A DNA stretch of 64,000 bases, taken from Eledone cirrhosa. Lineage: Eukaryota. Location of the stretch: NCBI GenBank assembly GCA_964016885.1, contig OZ024744.1, positions 123,690,001 through 123,754,000 of the forward strand. Reading direction: 5' to 3'. A program made the translations under genes and the position numbers. This document shows, piece after piece, positions 25,313-40,785 of this stretch (position 1 is the stretch's first letter; every line of letters starts with the position of its first letter). The notes under the pieces are model-generated. The model worked only from the letters and a program-made list of their open reading frames with translations. It made no database searches and was not told where the DNA came from.

Positions 25313-25923
25313 ATGTCAGGTCACCAGTTGGTGCTACTGGTAACATGTATCCCAGTACAACCTGATTCATGGTCGGGTCGTTGGCGACTAAACTGGCAAC
25401 CCCACCAAGGTTTCTTGGTGAGGAGGGTGACTTTGGACATCCTGCAGGACTAAAAACAAAACCTGTCAAAGGGCAAAGGAGCTCTTAAGAGTCAATGGCC
25501 ATCCAAAATCACCGGGAGAGATGACCCCTTAGCCTTTGTCAAGGCAGAATTCTAGGAGAAGGAAAACTCTGATATAACACCTGCAACCTTGATGGTATCC
25601 AATGATGTTGACTTGTTCTTCTTTTTGGTAAATATCATCTTGGTTAAGAGAGTGGGACTGGCTTTGTGCAGTGCCTTTGCTCACTATAAAAGCTTCACGG
25701 CACAGGCATTGCTTTATATCTGGAGATCTCTCTGCACTTGTCCTCACATGGTACCATGGGCCCAGCACTATGTGTCAATAATTGTCACAAGTGTAGTGTT
25801 TGTACTAGAGTTTTCAAGTCGCTGGCTGGACTAAAAAGTCACACTCATGCAGCGCTTCGGTAGGGGTTCTCCTACATGGATATAAAGTAGTGGCCGTACT
25901 CGAAAACGAGTTGGCAGCCACCA
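25313..25923 (+). mobile_element. ~610-bp non-autonomous bipartite RTE-type element
   Basis: The 3' part encodes the decayed zinc-finger-like remnant [18 protein letters not shown] and ends in the stem-loop ctcgaaaacgag. Second copy at 39421-39911. Confidence 0.55.
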
Positions 25924-26029
25924 TGTATATATATATGTATGTATATATATATGTATGTATATATATACGTATATATATATATGTATATATATATATGTAT
26001 ATATATATATGTATGTATGTATATATATG

Positions 26030-26062
<33 letters not shown>

Positions 26063-26073
26063 GTATATATATG

Positions 26074-26106
<33 letters not shown>

Positions 26107-26117
26107 GTATATATATG

Positions 26118-26309
<192 letters not shown>

Positions 26310-26384
26310 CATACATATATATATATACATATACATATATATATATACATACATATATATATATATACATACATACATACATAA

Positions 26385-26495
<111 letters not shown>

Positions 26496-26564
26496 CATAC
26501 ATATATATATATATATACATACATATATATACATATATATATATACATACATACATATATATAT

Positions 26565-26599
<35 letters not shown>

Positions 26600-26678
26600 C
26601 ATATATATATACATACATATATATATATACATATATATATACATACATATATATATATACATATATATATATACATAC

Positions 26679-26710
<32 letters not shown>

Positions 26711-26714
<4 letters not shown>

Positions 26715-26799
26715 TATTGCATGATGATATTTGTTTTTGAAATGCGCATAATAAAATACATGGAACTCTTTTAACCATCTTTTGTTCTTATATATTATG
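26711..26799 (+). mobile_element. Family B pLTR stub, third copy
   Basis: Same sequence as 23173-23258. Confidence 0.85.
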
Positions 26800-26868
<69 letters not shown>

Positions 26869-27057
26869 GTATATAGAAGTGGATGGATACTTCAACAGGT
26901 ACAATGTACTTGTAGAAATATTCAAGTTGTTTATAATACATGTGGTTCAATGGCACTAATTCGAGATACCAGAACAATATAAAAGTAGCGAAACAAATGG
27001 TTATTAAACAATTTTCTAAATAAATTAAAAAATGATTAAATAATCACCTGTTCAGAT

Positions 27058-27138
27058 GCTGTTACCGACGGTTTCATCATTCCGAAAGATTGGAAATCCA
27101 ACAAATTTCCAATGGAAAGAAATGAATCTTCAGACAGC
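27058..27138 (-). ncRNA. Type I hammerhead, family T
   Basis: Reverse-complement copy of 27571-27651. Confidence 0.8.
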
Positions 27139-27570
27139 CCTATTTCTACGCTATAAGGTATAGCAAGTAAATATTATGCTCCCTGCCCAACGCATGCGGT
27201 CAAGCCGTTAAAGTGACACACACGCAAATCAGGTCGCTGATAAAAGCTGGATATTATAAACATGTCGAATTGCCACTAAAATTAGCGGCATTATTCAACG
27301 TTTTGTTCTCTACGTACATAAACAACTTGAATATTTCTACAAGTACATTGTACCTGTTGAAGTATCCATCCACTTCTATAATTTATTCTCCTTACGTAGA
27401 GAACAAAACGTTGAATAATGCCGCTAATTTTAGTGGCAATTCGACATGTTTATAATATCCAGCTTTTATCAGCGACCTGATTTGCGTGTGTGTCACTTTA
27501 ACGGCTTGACCGCATGCGTTGGGCAGGGAGCATAATATTTACTTGCTATACCTTATAGCGTAGAAATAGG

Positions 27571-27651
27571 GCTGTCTGAAGATTCATTTCTTTCCATTGG
27601 AAATTCGTTGGATTTCCAATCTTTCGGAATGATGAAACCGTCGGTAACAGC
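27571..27651 (+). ncRNA. Type I hammerhead, family T
   Basis: gctgt-CTGAAGA-t-tcatt..ttggaaattc(gttg)gatttccaa..aatga-t-GAAA-ccgtcg-GTA-acagc. Confidence 0.85.
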
Positions 27652-28027
27652 ATCTGAACAGGTGATTATTTAATCATTTTTTAATTTATTTAGAAAATTG
27701 TTTAATAACCGTTTGTTTCGCTACTTTTATATTGTTCTGGTATCTCGAATTAGTGCCATTGAACCACATGTATTATAAACAACTTGAATATTTCTACAAG
27801 TACATTGTACCTGTTGAAGTATCCATCCACTTCTATAATTTATTCTCCTTACGTAGAGAACAAAACGTTGAATAATGCCGCTAATTTTAGTGGCAATTCG
27901 ACATGTTTATAATATCCAGCTTTTATCAGCGACCTGATTTGCGTGTGTGTCACTTTAACGGCTTGACCGCATGCGTTGGGCAGGGAGCATAATATTTACT
28001 TGCTATACCTTATAGCGTAGAAATAGG

Positions 28028-28108
28028 GCTGTCTGAAGATTCATTTCTTTCCATTGGAAATTCGTTGGATTTCCAATCTTTCGGAATGATGAAACCGTCG
28101 GTAACAGC
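28028..28108 (+). ncRNA. Type I hammerhead, family T
   Basis: Tandem copy. Confidence 0.85.
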
Positions 28109-28484
28109 ATCTGAACAGGTGATTATTTAATCATTTTTTAATTTATTTAGAAAATTGTTTAATAACCGTTTGTTTCGCTACTTTTATATTGTTCTGGTAT
28201 CTCGAATTAGTGCCATTGAACCACATGTATTATAAACAACTTGAATATTTCTACAAGTACATTGTACCTGTTGAAGTATCCATCCACTTCTATAATTTAT
28301 TCTCCTTACGTAGAGAACAAAACGTTGAATAATGCCGCTAATTTTAGTGGCAATTCGACATGTTTATAATATCCAGCTTTTATCAGCGACCTGATTTGCG
28401 TGTGTGTCACTTTAACGGCTTGACCGCATGCGTTGGGCAGGGAGCATAATATTTACTTGCTATACCTTATAGCGTAGAAATAGG

Positions 28485-28565
28485 GCTGTCTGAAGATTCA
28501 TTTCTTTCCATTGGAAATTCGTTGGATTTCCAATCTTTCGGAATGATGAAACCGTCGGTAACAGC
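28485..28565 (+). ncRNA. Type I hammerhead, family T
   Basis: Tandem copy. Confidence 0.85.
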
Positions 28566-28649
28566 ATCTGAACAGGTGATTATTTAATCATTTTTTAATT
28601 TATTTAGAAAATTGTTTAATAACCGTTTGTTTCGCTACTTTTATATATG

Positions 28650-28718
<69 letters not shown>

Positions 28719-28907
28719 GTATATATATATGTATATATATATATATGTATATATATATGTATATATATATGTATATATATATGTATATATATATGTATAT
28801 ATATATGTATATATATATGTATATATATATGTATATATATATATATGTATATATATATGTATATATATATATGTATATATATATATATGTGTATATATAT
28901 ATATGTG

Positions 28908-28998
<91 letters not shown>

Positions 28999-29027
28999 AT
29001 ATATATGTATATATATATATGTGTATA

Positions 29028-29061
<34 letters not shown>

Positions 29062-29091
29062 TATATATATGTATATATATATATGTGTATA

Positions 29092-29134
<43 letters not shown>

Positions 29135-29151
29135 GTATATATATATGTATA

Positions 29152-29194
<43 letters not shown>

Positions 29195-29267
29195 GTATAT
29201 ATATATGTATATATATATATATATGTGTATATATATATATGTGTATATATATATATATGTATATATT

Positions 29268-29649
29268 ATCTGCATGATGTGGAAAATGTTCCATCATCAC
29301 TGCCCAAATGATGTTGGCATCGCCTTCAAGATACACCCAAGGCTTGGGCCCCGTGCTATCCGTCCCATTCAAAAATCTAAATCGCAACTCATAACAACAA
29401 TACGGCACAATTATTTCACCTCAATCGGCCCTGCTCTCTTCAACATCACACCAGGACACGTCAAAACAGAAACTGACCACACAAAATTCAAGAAGTCTTT
29501 GGACAAATTCCTCCAAGTAATCCCGGACAAACCACCCACACCCGGATATGTCTCCGCAAACAGTAATTCTCTTCTCGAATGGGCCATGGTGCCCAAATCC
29601 TGAATTGAAAGACTTCGCCAGGTGGTGCTATTAAGTTAGACATGGCCTG
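29268..29649 (+). mobile_element. 3' fragment of a CR1-group LINE
   Basis: Encodes [34 protein letters not shown], homologous to the C-terminus of the 3604-6033 ORF ([30 protein letters not shown]). Confidence 0.82.
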
Positions 29650-29701
29650 TATATATATATGTGTATGTATATATATATGTGTATATATATATATATATGT
29701 G

Positions 29702-29732
<31 letters not shown>

Positions 29733-29753
29733 GTGTATATATATATATATGTG

Positions 29754-29828
<75 letters not shown>

Positions 29829-29889
29829 GTATATATATGTATATATATATGTATATATATATGTATATATATATGTATATATATATATG

Positions 29890-29960
<71 letters not shown>

Positions 29961-29999
29961 GTATATATATATGTGTATATATATATGTATATATATATG

Positions 30000-30065
<66 letters not shown>

Positions 30066-30149
30066 TGTATATGTATATATATATATATGTATATATATAT
30101 ATGTATATATATATGTATGTATATATATATATGTATATATATATGTATG

Positions 30150-30184
<35 letters not shown>

Positions 30185-30663
30185 GTATATATATGTATAT
30201 ACATGTATATATATGTATATATATGTATATATATATATGTATATATATACATGTATATATATATATGTATATATATACATGTATATATATGTATATATAT
30301 ATGTATATATATGTATATATATATATGTATATATATATGTATATATATATGTATATATATATGTATAAATATATATGTATATATATATATGTGTATATAT
30401 ATGTATATGTATATATGTATATATATATATGTATATATATGTATATGTATATATGTATATATATATATGTATATATATATATGTATATATATATATGTAT
30501 ATATATATGTATATATATATGTGTATATATATATGTATATATATATGTATATATATATATGTATATATATATATGTATATATATATGTATATATATATAT
30601 GTATATATATGTATATATATATGTATATATATGTATATATGTATGTATATATATGTATAATAT

Positions 30664-30694
<31 letters not shown>

Positions 30695-30889
30695 ATATGT
30701 ATGTATATATATATATATATGTATAATATGTATGTATATGTATGTATATATATATATATATATATGTATAATATGTATGTATATGTATGTATATATATAT
30801 ATATATATATGTATAATATGTATGTATATGTATATATATATATGTATAATATGTATGTATATGTATATATATATATGTATATATATATG

Positions 30890-30928
<39 letters not shown>

Positions 30929-30930
30929 GT

Positions 30931-30964
<34 letters not shown>

Positions 30965-31062
30965 GTATATATATATATGTATGTATATATATGTATATAT
31001 ATATATATGTATGTATGTATATATATATGTATATATATATACATATACATATATATATATAT
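29650..31062. repeat. ~1.4-kb (TA)n/(TATG)n microsatellite
   Basis: Direct inspection. Confidence 0.97.
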
Positions 31063-31732
31063 AGGTAAAAGCGAAGTAGTTTCAGATATTTGATTTAGGA
31101 TTTTAACTTTTAATTTTAATTTTTATTCCCAACTCTCACTCTTAACTTACAATGTAAAACCGTAGTACCTAGAATTAAGTTTATTTTCCCATATGAGTTG
31201 ATGGTCAGTCTTAATGTCAACACTTAGTGAAAGGTTGTATTATGACCTATAAAAACTATCACCCTCCCACCCCCTCTGGCTTTCGACTGACTGCCACAGT
31301 AGAGATGGGTAGCAGTAAACTTTGGCAAGGCATAGGTGGGCCACTGACAACGAATTTCGTTGAAATCTGTGGTGCTAATGGTCAACTTCCTTCGGACATG
31401 CGCTTGCGCAGACCGGTGTGGGTGAATTGGTACTCACAATGGAACGGATGAAAAACCTAAAAGCACGAACTTCATCCGTTCCCATGTCAATTCAATTTGG
31501 ATTGCCTTGGAAACAACCTTATTATGTAACAAGCTGTCTGATGATGACACGACACTCGCACACAGAACAGTGTGGCCAGTGTCGCCATTGAAATATATAT
31601 CACAGCATTATTATTAAAAGACTTGAACATCTGAAACTACTTCGCTTTTACTTATTCGATATTTACTCCGTCACTCCTATGTGGAAAAAGTACGTTGAGT
31701 GCTTGAATTGAATTGCATCAATGTTTACCCTA
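31063..31732 (+). mobile_element. ORF-less PLE-type insertion (family C) with a 23-bp 5' inverted segment
   Basis: 31065-31087 is the reverse complement of 31629-31651. Contains a hammerhead. TA on both flanks. Confidence 0.7.
31533..31606 (+). ncRNA. Type I hammerhead, family C
   Basis: gctgt-CTGATGA-..cgacact..acac(agaaca)gtgt..agtgtcg..-GAAA-tatat-ATC-acagc. Confidence 0.8.
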
Positions 31733-31754
31733 ATATATATATATATATATATAC

Positions 31755-33868
31755 ATCATCATCATCATCATCAACGTTTAACGTCCGTGTTCCACGCTTG
31801 CATGGGTTTGGACGGGGGTTTTCCCACTTGACGCAAGAGTGATTGTCTTGTTCGCATAGGACTGTCTGGCAGGTTTTCTACAGTTGCATGCCCTTCCTAA
31901 CACCAACCACATTTACAGTGTGGGTCTGGGAGGTTTTTACCGTGTTGCCTACATGGCCACATTACAGCGTGGACTGTGTTTTTTTGTCGTGACACCTACA
32001 TGATCTCATTTGTTTCGGCCTGGATGGTGTGGCACCAACACAACTTTACATAGAAGGGGGCGGTGTGGATGGGGTGGGGGTGGTGGGACGGGGGTGTATT
32101 TTGTTAGAGATGCCTACTGACTGTAGTAGGTTTTACTATGTATTTAGGTAAGGCGGGTCTTCTCTATTACTGAGTACCGCCAAAGGTCTCGGTCCAGTGA
32201 CATTGTCTTGGAGAGGTGTAAGTGTGTGAGGTCGGAGTTTATTCTGCTCGTCCCAGGTTTTTCTAGGTCTGCCTATTCCGTGGCTACCGTCTATCTTTAT
32301 TGCCCTGCACTTTGTTATACAGCTATCGACTTTCATGCGCATCACGTGTCCATACCAACGTAGCCTTCTCTCGAGTAAACAACATCTGATCCCTCTTATT
32401 TCTAATTTTTTTCTTAGTTCGTTTATGCTTTGCCGTTCACGTATATTACTATTACACATCCAGCGGAGCATGCAAGCTTCGTTCCTCTCTAGTCTGCGTA
32501 TATCCTCTGCACACAATGCCCAGGTCTCACTGCCATGCAACATTGCTGTTCGTATGCAAGCATCATACAACCTGCCTTTCATTTTTAGGGAGAACCCTTT
32601 AGCGGCTAATAGTGGTATAAGTTCTCTGAACTTTTTCCATCCAGTTCTGACTCTAGCTACTGTACTTTCAGAGCACCCTCCCCCACTGCTGATTTTGTCA
32701 CCCAGGTAACGGAAGCTGTCCACTATTTCTATAGAGTCCTCTGCGCAGTTGAAAGAGCTATTATTTTGTGGGCACTTGCTGCTACTTATTGCACCAGAGC
32801 ACCGGCCACATGTGAAATCTATGTTCTTAGTTAGCTTACCTGTGATCCCACTACATCTTTTATGCACCCATACTTTGCATTTCTGACACAAAATGGAGTT
32901 TCTACCTACGCCTTTCCTACACACTGAGCATGGCCACTTCCCGGAAGGGACAGCCGCCTTATTTTCTTTCCTACAAACTAGAACTTTGGTCTTAGCCAGG
33001 TTAATTTTAAGGCCTTTTGATTCTAGGCCATGCTTCCATGTTTGGAATTTCTTCTCTAGCTCGGCCATTGATTCAGCTATGAGTGTTAGGTCGTCTGCGT
33101 ATAGGAATTCCCATGGGCAGCCGGTCTTGAACTCCTCTGTTATAGCCTGAAGGGCAATAATAGGGGGCTGAGAACAGAGCCCTGATGGACGCCAACTTTT
33201 ACGCTAAACACTTCACTATATTCGTTGTTAATTCTAACCTTGCTGACTGTTTCTTTATACATGGCTTGTTTAGCGCTCACAAGCCATTCGTCGACACCTA
33301 GTTTTTTAAGAGCCCACCAGATAATGGAATGGGGGACTCTGTCGAAGGCTTTCTCCAAGTCGACAAAAGCTAAGTAAAGGGGTTTACTTTTAGCTAGGTA
33401 CTTCTCCTGTAGTTGTCGTACAATGAAAAGAGCGTCTGTGGTACTTTTGCCTGACACAAACCCGAACTGCATTTCATCTAGGTCAATTCTCTCTCTCTGA
33501 TTAGTTGCGCTATTACTTTTTCCGTGACCTTCATGACCTGGTCGATTAATTTAATGCCTCTATAGTTACTCCTATCTTGGGCATCTCCTTTACCCTTATA
33601 ACAGTTAACGATGATGCTGCTATGCCAGTCCTTCGGAACAACCCTATTCTGTACGACTTGGTTAACTATCCGGGTGACCATGGTGTGTCCCACCGTTCCA
33701 GAGGCTTTCAGCATCTCAGCAACTATATCCGAAGGCCCAGCTGCCTTACCCGTCTTCATATCCTTGATTGCCTTACTTATTATACTACCCTCGACTAACA
33801 CTGCTGGTCCCTCTATTGGGTCGATGTGGGGGAGACTGTCTTTCTCCCATTTATTCTCCTCATTTAGT
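31755..33868 (-). mobile_element. RTE family 1, 5'-truncated and frameshifted
   Basis: ORF pieces 32136-33068, 33140-33472 and 33478-33868 match the 1078-aa ORF. Confidence 0.92.
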
Positions 33869-33892
33869 ATATATATATATACATATATATAC

Positions 33893-33949
<57 letters not shown>

Positions 33950-33962
33950 CATATATATATAC

Positions 33963-34015
<53 letters not shown>

Positions 34016-34052
34016 TATACATATACATACATTATATATATATATATATATA

Positions 34053-34348
34053 CCACTTTTCATATGTTGATTTAAAACTGTGTTTTTTAGCCTTCATATC
34101 ATGTTCTCCTGTTTTATCAAGTGTTTTTTAGCCTTCATATCATGTTCTCCTGTTTTATCTGATGAAAACACAAATATTATTGCATGATGATGTTTGTTTT
34201 TGAAATGCGCATAATAAAATACATGGAACTCCTTTAACCATCTTTTGATCTTATATTATGCATACTCCAGTCCTACAAACTGTAGAGTGCTTCTTATCCG
34301 ATATCTGCATTGCTTTATTGTACTACAATAAAACTCACCTCCTACATT
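34053..34348 (+). mobile_element. Solo pLTR family B with hammerhead at 34153-34219
   Basis: Matches 17091-17359 and has a small internal duplication. Confidence 0.87.
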
Positions 34349-34458
34349 ATATATATATATATATATACATATATATACATATACATATACATATGTATAT
34401 ATATATATATATATACATATATATATACATATATATATACATATATATATATATATAT

Positions 34459-35996
34459 TTTGTTATACTTTGGGAGGGTCATGTTGCCAATAAGAAACAC
34501 ACCCACCAGTTGCTTTCACTTCAATTTATTATATATTTATAAATTTATAAATTTCTGGTTGGTTGGTTCCACAACCCGATAGTTGTTTATATATAATCAT
34601 AGTTCTTTCGTCACACACTCTGTGACCTCTTCAGTGACTGGGGATTCCTTTCTTTGTTTCTGTGTGTGTGTTGTGTGCTCAGTCTGCGCATGCGCCACAT
34701 CCGGGTTTCTGTGTGTGTTTATGTTCATTTATTTATTTGTTTATTTACATGTTACTGGTTGGTTGTTTGTTCTATGTGTGTGTGTGTGTGTTTTCATTTT
34801 GTCCTTAATTGTAAGTTGTGATGTTGCTGTTCCACTCATATTTTCTATTTAATTTTGGTTGTAATTCTTTTATGTTTATTGCCTCTGTAATTTGTCTAAA
34901 CATTGCGTCTTTTCTGTGTGTAGATTCTATTTTTATTTCTATGTTCTCTAATTTACTCTTGTGTTCTATCTTAGCATGTTGGTAGAGTACAGATGATTCT
35001 TTATTATCTTGAAGGTCTCGCCAGTGTTCATTTATCCGTTCCCCTACACTATGAGCTGTCTCACCTATGTACACTATATTTTTGTCTCTACATTGTCCCT
35101 CAGTACATCTTATGCTATACACTACATTTCTAGTTTTACAGTTAATATGGGGGCTTATTTTACAGGTTATACATTTCGTATCTATACATGAGGGTCTTTG
35201 AAAAGGGTATGTCTTGCTAATGTGTTTTTACGGAGGTACCTGGTCTTTCTACTATCTTAATATTGAGTTTATGTTTATTTAGGGCCCTTCTAAATTTGTA
35301 AGCTAATTCACCTCTAGGGGTTGTATTGATGAACATTACACTCTGGTATTTATTGCTATCATACCATGAGTTTATTCTATTAGCCTTGTTCCTAGTTCTT
35401 TCTATTCTATTCCAAAATTTGCTCCTATACAAGGGGCAGGTCCCATTTATGTCATTATTTACCAATTTTTCCCATTTGGTTCTGGCTCCTCTATACACTC
35501 TGATTTTATCTCTCTGATTGTAGCCAGAGAACTGCATACGGTGGATGAAGTGTTGTATGTGTCTCTCTAGTTCTTCGGGGTTGCACATGCGGGACACATT
35601 TCTCATCACCCGTACCAAATCCGCAATCAGTATGTTGATTTTGGTATGGTCCGAAATGGACGAGTTTCGGTGGATCAGATGTTTGGAAGTCATGGGATTG
35701 GCATAATGGGAATGGAGGAGAGGCACAGAAACAAAGGAAGAAATCCCCAGTCACTGAAGAGGTCACAGAGTGTGTGACGAAAGAACTATGACTATATATA
35801 AACAACTATCTGGTTTTGGAAACAACCAACCAACCAACCAGAAATTTATAAATTTATAAATATATAATAAATTGAAGTGAAAGCAACTGGTGCGTGTGTT
35901 TCTTATTGGCAACATGACCCTCCCAAAGTATAACAATATCGGATTCAACACACGATTTCAGATAAAGAATCTTGCTAAACAAATTCAGAAACGAAA
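34459..35996 (-). mobile_element. 5'-truncated Penelope/Poseidon-type PLE with 3' pLTR (34459-34665) and inverted 5' pLTR (35722-35996), family A
   Basis: GIY-YIG remnant flanked by inverted copies of the family A repeat. Hammerheads at 34595-34639 (-) and 35749-35793 (+). Confidence 0.85.
34805..35726 (-). pseudogene. PLE RT thumb plus GIY-YIG endonuclease remnant (broken frame)
   Basis: YSIRC..C..IVYIGETAHSVGERINEH..LYQH..H..RQITEAINI..LN. Upstream piece MQFSGY... Confidence 0.82.
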
Positions 35997-36137
35997 TATA
36001 TATACATATATATACATACAACGTTTTTTGAAATATCCAGTTCTGCGTTTACAGATTGACTTTGTTAGTTTCAGAAGACCCCGTTAAGGGTGAAAGCAGC
36101 GATTCTTTGCTTAAACTTTAATCTGTTATTTTAATAA

Positions 36138-37770
<1,633 letters not shown>

Positions 37771-38184
37771 TATTGTTATACTTGGGGAGGGTCATATTTG
37801 TGTAATATTGCCAGAATTAATAACAGAACACACTCACTGTTTGGTTGGTTTTCGCTTCTCGCTGTCTTTTATATCTGTAATCTAACTTACTCGGTCCTCA
37901 ATGTTGCCATTGACTGACCGACGGTCAAAAATATTACAGATACAATATAGACACAAACACATATATATAGTTTACATAATTTACATAAATCTTTCGTTGC
38001 ACATCTGCAACATCGTCAGTGGTGTTATATTTTCCTCCTGGGCGCACCGAAAACAATAAATGGAATAGAATGAAACAAAATTTTCTTTATGCCCTTGAGA
38101 AGCCCAACTGGGCGAAAATACATAGGTGCTGTTTTAAATAAACCTGTTTTAACGGTCTATTCTCCGATTTCTTACTTTTCCACG
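37771..38184 (-). mobile_element. pLTR-like insertion related to family A, with degenerate hammerhead at 37983-38023
   Basis: The terminus tattgttatacttggggagggtcat resembles family A. Minus strand CTGACGA-t-gttgca(gatg)tgcaac-GAAA-gatt-TA with weak stem I. A stub also lies at 49250-49297. Confidence 0.6.
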
Positions 38185-38656
38185 TATATATATATGTATA
38201 TGTATATATATGTATATGTATATATATGTATATGTATATATATGTATATGTATATATATGTATATGTATATATATGTATATGTATATATATGTATATGTA
38301 TATATATGTATATATATGTATATATATATATATATGTATATATATGTATATATATATGTATATATATGTATATATATATGTATATATATGTATATATATA
38401 TATATGTATATATATGTATATATATATGTATATATATGTATATATATATATATGTATATATATGTATATATATATGTATATATATGTATATATATATATA
38501 TGTATATATATGTATATATATATGTATATATATGTATATATATATATATGTATATATATGTGTATATATATGTATATATGTATATATATATATATGTATA
38601 TATATGTGTATATATATGTATATATATATATATGTATATATATGTATATATATATG

Positions 38657-38689
<33 letters not shown>

Positions 38690-39420
38690 GTATATGTATA
38701 TATATGTATATATATATATGTATATATATCTATATATATATATGTATGTATATGTATATATATATATGTATGTATATGTATATATATATGTATATATGTG
38801 TATATATATATATGTGTATATATGTATATATATATATGTATATATATATGTATGTATATGTATATATATATGTATATGTATATATATATATATGTATATA
38901 TATGTATATATATATATATATATGTATATATATGTATATATATATGTATATATATGTATATATATATGTATATATATATATATGTGTATATATATGTATA
39001 TATATGTATATATATATATATGTGTATATATATGTATATATATGTATATATATATGTGTATATATATGTATATATATGTATATGTATATATATATATGTA
39101 TATATATCTATATATATATATGTATGTATATGTATATATATATATGTATGTATATGTATATATGTATATATGTGTATATATATATATGTGTATATATGTA
39201 TATATATATATGTATGTATATGTATATATATATGTATGTATATGTATATATATATGTATATATGTGTATATATATATATGTGTATATATGTATATATATA
39301 TATGTATATATATGTATATATATATATGTATGTATATGTATATATATATATATGTATATATATGTATGTATATGTATATATATATATGTATGTATATGTA
39401 TGTATATGTATATATATATA

Positions 39421-39911
39421 TTGGACATCCTGCAGGACTAAAAACAAAACCTGTCAAAGGGCAAAGGAGCTCTTAAGAGCCATTGGCCATCCAAAATCAC
39501 TGGGAGAGATGACCCCTTAGCCTTTGTCAAGGCAGAATTCTAGGAGAGGGAAAACTCTGATGTAACACCTGCAACCCTGATGGTATCCAATGATGTTGAC
39601 TTGTTCTTCTTTTTGGTAAATATCATCTTGGTTAAGAGAGTGGGACTGGCTTTGTGCAGTGCCTTTGCTCACTATAAAAGCTTCACGGCACAGGCATTGC
39701 TTTATATCTGGAGATCTCTCTACACTTGTCATCACATGGTACCATGGGCCCAGCACTATGTGTCAATAATTGTCACAAGTGTAGTGTTTGTACCAGAGTT
39801 TTCAAGTCGCTAGCTGGACTAAAATGTCACACTCGTTCAGCGCATCGGTAGGGGTTCTCCTACATGGATATAAAGTAGTGGCCGTACTCGAAAACGAGTT
39901 GGCAGCCACCA
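39421..39911 (+). mobile_element. 5'-truncated second copy of the bipartite RTE-type element
   Basis: Highly similar to 25432-25923. Confidence 0.8.
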
Positions 39912-40468
39912 TATATATATGTATGTATATGTATATGTATATATATATGTATATATATATATGTATGTATATATATATATATGTATGTATATGTATATGT
40001 ATATATATGTATATGTATATATATGTATATGTATATGTATATATATGTATATATATGTATATGTATATGTATATATATGTATATATATGTATATGTATAT
40101 GTATATATATGTATATATATATATGTATGTATATGTATGTGTATGTATATATATATGTATATATATGTATGTATATATATGTATATATATCTCTATATAT
40201 ATATATGTATGTATATGTATATATATATGTATATATGTGTATATATATATATGTATATATATGTGTATATATATATATGTATATATATGTATATATATAT
40301 ATATGTATATATATATATGTATATATATATATGTATATATATATATGTATGTATATGTATATATATATATGTATATATATATATGTATGTATATGTATAT
40401 GTATGTATATGTATATATATATATGTATGTATATGTATATATATGTATGTATATGTATATATATATGT

Positions 40469-40504
<36 letters not shown>

Positions 40505-40785
40505 GTATATGTATAGATATGTATATGTATATATGTATGTATATGTATATGTATATATATGTATATGTATATATATATGTATATGTATATATATGTATAT
40601 GTATATATATGTATATGTATATATATGTATGTATATATATATGTATGTATATGTATATGTATGTATATATATATATGTATATATATGTATGTATATGTAT
40701 ATATATGTATGTATATATATATATATGTATGTAAATGTATATATATATATATGTATATGTCTGTATATGTATATATATATGTATA

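Larger units (their letters stand above)
26872..28645. repeat. ORF-less 457-bp hammerhead-containing unit: one inverted copy (26872-27316) plus ~2.9 direct tandem copies (27319-28645)
   Basis: Marker cacttctata at 27371, 27828 and 28285 (period 457). One hammerhead per unit. Confidence 0.93.

Noticed and set aside
26872-28645. 457-bp array as CRISPR or rDNA
   Set aside because: Whole units are identical, with no repeat-spacer pattern and no rRNA similarity recognised.
36072-36100. CAGAAGA-ccc..ggg-t-GAAA hammerhead-like motif
   Set aside because: The core is mutated and there is no clear stem I or cleavage triplet, so it was not counted.
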